Part shown: piece after piece, positions 57,710 through 64,000 of the stretch
Position numbering within the stretch: position 1 is the stretch's first letter
Layout of the letters: each line of letters opens with the position of its first letter
DNA from: Rikenellaceae bacterium
Lineage (GTDB): Bacteria > Bacteroidota > Bacteroidia > Bacteroidales > Rikenellaceae
NCBI GenBank assembly: GCA_031548515.1
Contig: JAVBRB010000014.1
Location: 7,614-71,613, forward strand
Direction: 5' to 3'
DNA length: 64,000 bases
Position numbers and translations under genes: made by a program
Notes under the pieces: generated by a model
What the model saw: only the letters and a program-made list of their open reading frames with translations
Database searches by the model: none
Told to the model about the DNA's origin: nothing

Positions 57710-58366
57710 CTACAGTATTTGTTTCTGCTCTTCGTACACTATTTCATCGGGCGTCGGTACCGCATCCATGAAGTTGATCCGGTCTTCCTTTCCTTTCTCC
57801 ATAGATATGCGGAACTTACGGGTGGCTTTCCTCAGGCGCTCCTGCCGTATACGCACCAGATCCATATATTGCCGCATGACTGTCTTGTCATACCTGCCGC
57901 TTACCAGATATTCGCAGACGACGTCCAGTTCTATGTTACCGTTGCGGTAGATCAGTCTCAACTGGTTGAATTCGTGCAGGTGTTTTCTCTTGATGCTGTT
58001 GCAAATGTCGTCGCAGAACACCATCGACGCATCGTCCACCTTGAAACGGCCGAGATACAACCGGCTCGGGATGCCCTTATCGAGGTCTATCTTGTCCAAC
58101 ACCAGAATATTGGCATGGAAATGGCGGTATAAGTCTTCCAGGATGCCTTTAAGGGCTTTGCGTTCCTGTCTTGCGCTAGTGGTTCTCGATATGAATATGC
58201 CCGACAGGGTTATCAATCCGCCGATTATGATGCCTATCAGGGAAAACAGTAGCGATTTGTTGTTCTGAATGCCTGTATGGATGCCTTTCAGGGTTTCTGC
58301 TATATCTTGCCAACTGTCGGGGGCGGGAGATGATTGTAGGGCGAGTAATGTGTCTATGTCTATCAT
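57710..58366 (-). CDS. Hypothetical single-pass membrane protein
   Basis: One TM helix (LLFSLIGIIIGGLITLSGIFI). No recognisable domain. Visibly less GC-rich than its neighbours. Confidence 0.4.
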   Translation of the reverse strand: MIDIDTLLALQSSPAPDSWQDIAETLKGIHTGIQNNKSLLFSLIGIIIGGLITLSGIFISRTTSARQERKALKGILEDLYRHFHANILVLDKIDLDKGIPSRLYLGRFKVDDASMVFCDDICNSIKRKHLHEFNQLRLIYRNGNIELDVVCEYLVSGRYDKTVMRQYMDLVRIRQERLRKATRKFRISMEKGKEDRINFMDAVPTPDEIVYEEQKQIL

Positions 58367-58412
58367 AACCGGATTGTTTTTTACATGAGACAGGAAAATA
58401 TTGCAAATAGCA

Positions 58413-59453
58413 TCAACGAAATCCCTGGGCTTTCAGGGGAATATCGCTGCCGTCGGGGGTTACGAGCGCCGTGCCGGTGCTTTCCGGGGTGATGTGGCCG
58501 ATGATCTCGATGCCGAGTCCAAGCTTTGCCACTTTTTCCTGCATCCCCAGCGGGACCGTGAAAAGCAGTTCGTGGTCGTCGCCGCCGTTCAGCGCCGCGA
58601 CCACCGGGTCTATGTGCAGTTCATCGGCCAAGGCATAGGTTTCGCGTGCGATGGGCAGCCGGTCGAGGTATATCCGTGCACCGCACTTCGAAGCGCGGCA
58701 TATCTGCAGCATGTCGGAGGCGAGGCCGTCAGAAATGTCTATCATCGCGGTGGGAATGATCTTTTCTTCAGCCAATGCGTCGATCACGTCTTTACGTGCG
58801 CGGGGTTTCAGCTGGCGTTCCAGAAGATATTCATAGCCTTCGAACTTCGGCTGAGGGTTCTCCACTTCCGAGAGGGCGCGTTTTTCGCGTTCCAGCAGGT
58901 GCAGGCCCAGGTAGGCCGCCCCGAGATCGCGCGTGATGCATATAAGGTCGTTCTGCTGCGCTCCGCGGCGATAGGCTATCCGATCTTTCGCGACCGAACC
59001 CACGACGCTCACGTTTATGGCGAAACCCGTCACGGACGCCGTGATGTCGCCGCCCACGATGTCCACCCCAAGCTCATTGCACGCCTTGCGCGCCCCGGCA
59101 TAGAATTCGTCGAGGTCTTCCACTGAGATTTTAGCCGAAACGCCTAGCGAAAGCGTCAGTTGCGACGGCAGGCCGTTCATCGCCAGGATATCGCTGCAGC
59201 CGATGGTCACCGTTTTGTAACCAAGATGTTTGAATGGGAAATATGTCAGGTCGAAATTCACCCCCTCCAGCAGCATATCGGACGAAAGAAGCGTGTATTC
59301 CTTAGCGCCTTTAGCGCTGATGACCGCCGCGTCATCGCCCACGCCCGCAACGGTGCCCGGATTGACCGGCCCAATATCTTTAGTCAGCCTCTCTATCAGG
59401 CCGAATTCGCCGAGTTCAGCTATCTCTGTCCGCTGTTTTTTCTCCATATGCAA
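58413..59453 (-). CDS. thiL: Thiamine-monophosphate kinase
   Basis: AIR-synthase-like fold motifs (GVGDDAAV, GGDIT). Confidence 0.9.
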   Translation of the reverse strand: MHMEKKQRTEIAELGEFGLIERLTKDIGPVNPGTVAGVGDDAAVISAKGAKEYTLLSSDMLLEGVNFDLTYFPFKHLGYKTVTIGCSDILAMNGLPSQLTLSLGVSAKISVEDLDEFYAGARKACNELGVDIVGGDITASVTGFAINVSVVGSVAKDRIAYRRGAQQNDLICITRDLGAAYLGLHLLEREKRALSEVENPQPKFEGYEYLLERQLKPRARKDVIDALAEEKIIPTAMIDISDGLASDMLQICRASKCGARIYLDRLPIARETYALADELHIDPVVAALNGGDDHELLFTVPLGMQEKVAKLGLGIEIIGHITPESTGTALVTPDGSDIPLKAQGFR

Positions 59454-59496
59454 AAACGAATTTACTGCAAATTTAGTCCGAATAAAAATAATTCGC

Positions 59497-59504
59497 TAAT
59501 TTTG
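59497..59504 (+). promoter_or_regulatory. Bacteroidota -7 promoter box (TAATTTTG) upstream of adk
   Basis: Perfect TAnnTTTG 95 nt upstream of the ATG at 59599. Confidence 0.35.
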
Positions 59505-59598
59505 TTTGGAATATAGGATGCGCCTCAGCCATCCAGGCAAGCTTGATGTCGCCAGGCTTTCACTATATTTCACAATTACAAAAACAATTAATCCGCAT

Positions 59599-60177
59599 AT
59601 GACGAATATAGTACTCTTCGGCGCTCCCGGTGCCGGCAAAGGCACCCAGGCAGGCAAACTTACACAGAAATACGATTTCAACCATATCTCCACTGGCGAT
59701 ATTATCCGTCAGGAGATCAGAGAGATGACGCATCTGGGACTTATGGTTCAGGAGGCGATCGGCCGCGGCGAACTGGCTCCCGACGGCGTCGTCATCGAGA
59801 TCATCGAGCAGTATATGCTGACTCACAGGGAGAGTCACGGCAATATTTTCGACGGTTTTCCGCGCACCATTCCACAGGCCGAGGCGTTTGATAAAATACT
59901 TGCCGGGCACGGTCTGAAAATCGATCTGATGTTGGAGTTGGTGGTTCCGGAAGAGGAACTCGTTCAGAGGATACTGCTCCGCGGCCACGACAGTTGTCGT
60001 GCCGACGATATGCACGAAGAGATAATACGCAACCGCATAGAGGTTTACAATGCCCACACGGCCGTTGTGGCGGAGTATTACCGCGAGCAGGGCAAGTACG
60101 TCGCCATCGACGGCAGCAGGCCCCAGCCCGAGGTTTTCGCTTCCCTCTGCGCCGAAATAGATAAGTTGATGAAATAA
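59599..60177 (+). CDS. adk: Adenylate kinase (short-lid type)
   Basis: Start set at MTNIVLFGAPGAGKGTQ (P-loop). No zinc-lid cysteines. Confidence 0.95.
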   Translation: MTNIVLFGAPGAGKGTQAGKLTQKYDFNHISTGDIIRQEIREMTHLGLMVQEAIGRGELAPDGVVIEIIEQYMLTHRESHGNIFDGFPRTIPQAEAFDKILAGHGLKIDLMLELVVPEEELVQRILLRGHDSCRADDMHEEIIRNRIEVYNAHTAVVAEYYREQGKYVAIDGSRPQPEVFASLCAEIDKLMK

Positions 60178-60178
60178 A

Positions 60179-61288
60179 ATGAACTCGAATGTTTTCAATG
60201 ATTCGGGAGCGGTAACGGAGTTGTTTCGAATTCTGAGAAACAGGTCTATCCACAGGTTTAACTCTGTCGATGAGATTATAGAATATAAACGAAGTTACCA
60301 GAATGAAATTGAAAACGTAAAAGCTAAAATAGAAGATGAAATTAATGTAGAAATAATGGTTTTAACGACAGAAAACAGTCTTCTTATTAATCAATATAAC
60401 ATACTGAAAGAAGAGCAGATATTAATTCTTAGTCAAAAAATCGAGCGACTAACACTGCTATCTGCATCTCTCACATCCAATATATTCTCAAAAATAAAAA
60501 ACCTGTTCGTCCAAAAGAGACTTAATTATTTGAAGTCTAATTTTGACCGGATCGTAGAAAAACCGATAAAAGACTACATGTCTAAAATCGATGAGAATGA
60601 AAGCCTAATCTATCGCTTGTCCCACGATCAGAGCACAGAAACAGAGCGCAGATCAAAGCCTTTGGTAAGGGAGGTTCAACGTGTCATTTCCGGGCTGGAC
60701 AATCTTTCTTCTTTTATTTACGGAGCTGTTGGCGAATTGAGAGCCATAAATCTTTTACGAAAATTACCGGACGATTATTACATTATTAATGATTTCCAAA
60801 AATCGTTCAACCCGCCTTTATATCATAAAAGTGAAGACGACTGGATATATTCGACACAACTCGATCACGTAGTGATCGGTCCCACTGGAATATTCGTTAT
60901 AGAGACAAAGTATTGGAGTAAGAAATCAATAGAAAGAGATGATTTATACTCCCCGATAAAGCAGGTAAGAAGGGGTGGATTTGCAATGCATATTATTCTG
61001 AAAAACATTACGGAATACAAGGTGCCTGTCTCAAATGTGTTGTTAATGATGGGCGCATCGGTAGACAACCAATTTCAGTATGTCGAAATACTTACGGAAG
61101 ATAATTGCATTAACTATATCACACGAAAACATAGGGTATTAAGCAGCGAACAGATCTTATATATTGTAAATCAATTGATCAACCCGGAATTAATACATAT
61201 TTCTAACCACGCTCGCCGATATTACCGAAGAACATATAACAACAACTATTACCAAACATATAGAACGTTGAAGAGGTTTTTGCGCTGA
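60179..61288 (+). CDS. NERD-domain protein with a ~190-aa coiled-coil-like N-terminal region
   Basis: NERD core GAVGELRAINLLRKL...LDHVVIGPTGIFVIETKYW. The gene is strikingly AT-rich compared with its flanks and starts 1 nt after the adk stop. Confidence 0.75.
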   Translation: MNSNVFNDSGAVTELFRILRNRSIHRFNSVDEIIEYKRSYQNEIENVKAKIEDEINVEIMVLTTENSLLINQYNILKEEQILILSQKIERLTLLSASLTSNIFSKIKNLFVQKRLNYLKSNFDRIVEKPIKDYMSKIDENESLIYRLSHDQSTETERRSKPLVREVQRVISGLDNLSSFIYGAVGELRAINLLRKLPDDYYIINDFQKSFNPPLYHKSEDDWIYSTQLDHVVIGPTGIFVIETKYWSKKSIERDDLYSPIKQVRRGGFAMHIILKNITEYKVPVSNVLLMMGASVDNQFQYVEILTEDNCINYITRKHRVLSSEQILYIVNQLINPELIHISNHARRYYRRTYNNNYYQTYRTLKRFLR

Positions 61289-61320
61289 AATATTGACAGA
61301 TTAATGTAAAAAAATCGAAA

Positions 61321-61348
61321 TTCTTCATTCTTCATTCTTCATTCTTCA
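61321..61348. repeat. Perfect tandem heptamer TTCTTCA x4
   Basis: TTCTTCATTCTTCATTCTTCATTCTTCA, between the NERD gene and rpsF. Confidence 0.9.
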
Positions 61349-61404
61349 TTTTTATTTGTACTTTTGTCCCGCTTTTTAGCGCAAAAACCATAATAAACCA
61401 TTTC

Positions 61405-61797
61405 ATGAACAATTACGAAACCGTTTTCATTGCCACGCCGGTGCTGTCCGATGTACAGACCAAAGAGCTGCTTGGCAAATTCCAGGGTGTCATCACCGAG
61501 AACGGGGGTCAGATCGTGAATTCGGAAGACTGGGGTTTGAAAAAACTCGAATATCCGATTCAGAAAAAGACAACCGGGTTCTACTTCTTCATCGAGTTCA
61601 CGGGCGAAGGCCCGATCATCGAGGCTCTCGAAACGCAGTACCGCCGCGACGAACGCGTGATCCGTTTCCTTACTTTCAAGCAGGACAAGCACGCCGTAGA
61701 GTACTCGGCACGCCGCCGCGCCAAACTCGCAGGCAAACAGCATGAAGCAGCCGCTGCTCCCGCCGCGGAAGAAACCACTAAAACAACGGAGGAATAA
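61405..61797 (+). CDS. rpsF: 30S ribosomal protein S6
   Basis: [16 protein letters not shown]... is typical of S6. Confidence 0.97.
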   Translation: MNNYETVFIATPVLSDVQTKELLGKFQGVITENGGQIVNSEDWGLKKLEYPIQKKTTGFYFFIEFTGEGPIIEALETQYRRDERVIRFLTFKQDKHAVEYSARRRAKLAGKQHEAAAAPAAEETTKTTEE

Positions 61798-61800
61798 GCC

Positions 61801-62073
61801 ATGGCAGCACCGCAACAATCAGAAATACGCTATCTCAATCCGCTGTCTGTGGATGTGAAGAAGAAAAAGTACTGCCGGTTCAAAAAACTCGGCATCAAAT
61901 ACGTCGACTACAAGGATCCCGAATTCCTCAAGAAGTTCCTCAACGAGCAGGGCAAGATACTTCCCCGCCGCCTGACCGGCACTTCGCAGAAATTCCAGAA
62001 GAAAGTGGCCCAGGCCGTTAAACGCGCGCGCCATCTCGCCCTTCTTCCTTTCGTAACCGACATGATGAAATAA
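61801..62073 (+). CDS. rpsR: 30S ribosomal protein S18
   Basis: [18 protein letters not shown]...ILPRRLTG is typical of S18. Confidence 0.97.
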   Translation: MAAPQQSEIRYLNPLSVDVKKKKYCRFKKLGIKYVDYKDPEFLKKFLNEQGKILPRRLTGTSQKFQKKVAQAVKRARHLALLPFVTDMMK

Positions 62074-62088
62074 GAGGAGGAGAGAATC

Positions 62089-62628
62089 ATGCAGATCATA
62101 CTTATCAAAGACGTAGACAAACTGGGATATGCAAACGACATAGTCGAAGTGAAGCCCGGTTACGCAAATAACTACCTCATCCCGCAGGGATACGCTAAGG
62201 CCGCTACCGCCGCCGCGAAGAAGATCCTTGCCGAAAACCTCAAACAGCGTGCCCATAAGGACGCCAAGATCCAGGCGGACGCCCAGGCTTTGGCCGACAA
62301 GATCGCGAACCTGCCGCTGGTCTTCAAGATGAAAGCATCTGAAGGCGGAAAAATTTTCGGCTCTGTCACTTCGCAGATGATCGCCGACGCCATGGCAGCC
62401 AAAGGCATTGAACTCGACAAGAAGAATATTTCGGTCGAATCGTTCAAAACGCTCGGCACGTACCAGGCTGAAATCCGCCTCCACAAACTCGTAAAAGGTG
62501 CGATCAACTTCACCATTGAGCCGGAAGGCACACTGGTAGCTGAGGAAAAAGACGAGAACGCTCCTGCAAAGAAGGAAAAGAAAGTTAAGGAAGCTGCCGC
62601 TGAGGAAGCCTCCTCCGTAGAAGAATAG
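62089..62628 (+). CDS. rplI: 50S ribosomal protein L9 with Lys/Glu/Ala-rich C-terminal extension
   Basis: MQIILIKDVDKLGYANDIVEVKPGYANNYLIPQGYA is typical of L9. Confidence 0.97.
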   Translation: MQIILIKDVDKLGYANDIVEVKPGYANNYLIPQGYAKAATAAAKKILAENLKQRAHKDAKIQADAQALADKIANLPLVFKMKASEGGKIFGSVTSQMIADAMAAKGIELDKKNISVESFKTLGTYQAEIRLHKLVKGAINFTIEPEGTLVAEEKDENAPAKKEKKVKEAAAEEASSVEE

Positions 62629-62652
62629 ATTTTTCTATAATACTGAAAACAA

Positions 62653-62684
62653 AACCCGGCATTTCCGTCGGGTTTTTGTTTTTA
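62653..62684 (+). terminator. Intrinsic terminator after rplI
   Basis: Hairpin CCCGGC-ATTTCC-GTCGGG followed by TTTTTGTTTTT. Confidence 0.75.
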
Positions 62685-62816
62685 TTCATATCTTGCCGTT
62701 CGGTTCGGAGGCTGAAAACGGCGTTTGGGCGGATTGAAATTCCGCTTCGCCAGAGGGACGCAGCACCCAATAGCGCGAAATGACTAAATTAGATTAAACA
62801 ACTAAAACAACATATC

Positions 62817-63260
62817 ATGAAAAAGCTATTTTTACTTATGATCGTCGCGGCGTTCGCTGTATCATGCGAAGGACCAATGGGGCCTGTTGGTCCGGCAGGA
62901 AAGGTAAATAAAGTTTGGAATTCCGATCTGAAGGTATTGAAAAACCAATGGCAAACCGGTGACGATATCATAGGGCCGTTCTATTTCTTCGACCTGCAGA
63001 TTCCGCAATTAGACAGAGAGATGATCAACGGCGATGGCTTGTATCAACTCATGTTGAGGTATAAGGATGATGGTTATGAGATCAGACAGACGCTCGAAAC
63101 CACAATATACCATACTGAGGACGACGGTTATCTGTGGTCTGAAAATATTTCAGCACAATTTCAGGAGGGTTGGGCCAGGGTGCTTATCCGCTATTCGGAT
63201 TTCGACATGAACCGGACCCCGCCCGATATCATGGAGTTCATTTTCGCCGGGATGTATTAA
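62817..63260 (+). CDS. Hypothetical lipoprotein with short collagen-like GPxGPxGPxG stretch
   Basis: Lipobox AFAVSC followed by EGPMGPVGPAGK. No family recognised. Confidence 0.45.
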   Translation: MKKLFLLMIVAAFAVSCEGPMGPVGPAGKVNKVWNSDLKVLKNQWQTGDDIIGPFYFFDLQIPQLDREMINGDGLYQLMLRYKDDGYEIRQTLETTIYHTEDDGYLWSENISAQFQEGWARVLIRYSDFDMNRTPPDIMEFIFAGMY

Positions 63261-63281
63261 GCCCTGCCGCTCTGCAGTCTT

Positions 63282-63308
63282 GCCGCCCTGCTAATGGGCG
63301 GTTTTTTA
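63282..63308 (+). terminator. Intrinsic terminator
   Basis: Hairpin CCGCCC-TGCTAAT-GGGCGG followed by TTTTTT. Confidence 0.75.
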
Positions 63309-63340
63309 TTCCGGATAGCGGCGTTTACCTAAAAAATCCT

Positions 63341-63348
63341 TATCTTTG
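63341..63348 (+). promoter_or_regulatory. Bacteroidota -7 promoter box (TATCTTTG) driving the riboswitch leader
   Basis: Perfect TAnnTTTG immediately upstream of riboswitch helix P1. Confidence 0.5.
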
Positions 63349-63355
63349 TCTCAGT

Positions 63356-63534
63356 AACCGAATGCCGCGGCGGACACATTCCGTCAAGCGGTGAAGAAGG
63401 GAATCCGGTGGGAATCCGGAACAATACCCGTTGCTGTGATGCGCGGGGTCATTCAAGGAGGCTGATTTTGCATGGAACAGGCAGTCGAAAGTCCCGGGAA
63501 GGCCCGAAGCGATAAGTCAGAAGACCGGTCGGTT
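63356..63534 (+). promoter_or_regulatory. Cobalamin (B12) riboswitch aptamer
   Basis: Core GGTGAAGAAGGGAATCCGGTGGGAATCCGGAACAATACCCGTTGCTGT (63390-63437) and B12 box AAGTCAGAAGACCGGTC (63514-63530). P1 pairs AACCGA with TCGGTT. Confidence 0.85.
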
Positions 63535-63639
63535 CGAAGAGTTTGCTTGCGAACTCGAATCATCTTCTGCGTTTTCGGGAGTTAGAGCAGGAAGAATACC
63601 ATGTGAATCTCCGTGCCGCATGTGTTTTCTCATACCGTT

Positions 63640-63685
63640 ATTCCCGTTTCCGCCGAAGAGCCGAAGCGGGAATACTTTATTTATT
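63640..63685 (+). terminator. Riboswitch expression-platform terminator
   Basis: Hairpin ATTCCCG...CGGGAAT followed by ACTTTATTTATT, just upstream of the ATG at 63701. Confidence 0.55.
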
Positions 63686-63700
63686 AAAACTTGAATTATC

Positions 63701-64000
63701 ATGAGAAAACTCAAATTTCCACTGTTCGCGGCTGTAGCGATCACGGCATTTTTTTTCACTTCCTGCGATGAGGGAGACGGTCCCGAATCCCCTTATGAAT
63801 TGCGCGTCATAGGTTTCGAAGACGAGTCCCTGCCTGCGGCCGGGTACGTTGTAGAAGATGATTATGCCTATACCGAACAGCGCATGACTTTTACCCAGTA
63901 TTTTACCGATTGGGGTGGAACCACTTCATGGAGCGGTTTTGCCGTATCTAACAATACTGACAAAACCACCGCCGGCTATGCCAATCAATTCAGCGTTTAC
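63701..64000 (+). CDS. Lipoprotein, DUF4465-like (B12-locus associated), 5' part; runs off the right edge
   Basis: Own translation: MRKLKFPLFAAVAITAFFFTSCDEGDGPESPYELRVIGFEDE...FTDWGGTTSWSGFAVSNN. Lipobox present. The family call is from memory and from riboswitch context. Confidence 0.45.
   Translation, partial: MRKLKFPLFAAVAITAFFFTSCDEGDGPESPYELRVIGFEDESLPAAGYVVEDDYAYTEQRMTFTQYFTDWGGTTSWSGFAVSNNTDKTTAGYANQFSVY

Noticed and set aside
60179-61288. Prophage or integrative element carrying the NERD gene
   Set aside because: There is no integrase, transposase or tRNA target, and I could see no flanking direct repeats. Only a single AT-rich gene is present.
1-64000. tRNA or rRNA genes
   Set aside because: I scanned the intergenic regions by eye for T-loop (GGTTCGAATCC-like) and acceptor-stem patterns and for rRNA-like sequence and found none. 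A tRNAscan-SE/barrnap run would be the proper check.

Overview
This 64-kb window looks like a core chromosomal region of a Bacteroidota genome. The taxon call is inference from TAnnTTTG promoter boxes, many lipobox signal peptides, a Bacteroid-trp-type leader and a CarboxypepD_reg-type outer-membrane (OM) barrel; Bacteroidales, possibly Alistipes/Rikenellaceae-like, is only a guess. I call about 60 protein genes, mostly housekeeping. They include hppA, a QC-metH-metF-amidohydrolase operon, serS, ahcY, psd-cdsA-ftsH-rsfS, oxyR, rarA, trpB2, feoAB, yebC, tsaC, thiL, adk and rpsF-rpsR-rplI. At the left edge sits a type IV pilus/T2SS-like cluster (secretin, PilB/GspE ATPase, prepilin peptidase, pilin). 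I saw no rRNA, tRNA, CRISPR array, transposase, integrase or phage genes. Supported non-coding features are a cobalamin riboswitch (63356-63534), a WWW leader peptide with attenuator upstream of trpB2, many intrinsic terminators and several perfect TAnnTTTG -7 boxes. Four small genes are absent from the >=60-aa ORF track: a ferredoxin, a histone H1-like protein, a FeoB-associated Cys-rich peptide and the trp leader. The most unusual observations are: (1) a four-copy family of GC-rich structured repeats of about 125 nt. Two extended copies end in homologous terminators and bracket a co-directional block of histidine kinase (HK), LytTR regulator, Spy-like protein and OM barrel. (2) That LytS-type kinase carries a predicted periplasmic domain resembling the Rho RNA-binding OB fold. 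(3) An AT-rich single-gene island encoding a NERD-domain protein is wedged between adk and rpsF. (4) A RibD-like fusion has inverted domain order. I cannot name any complete novel multi-gene system with confidence. The repeat family and the two-component locus it brackets are my best candidate.
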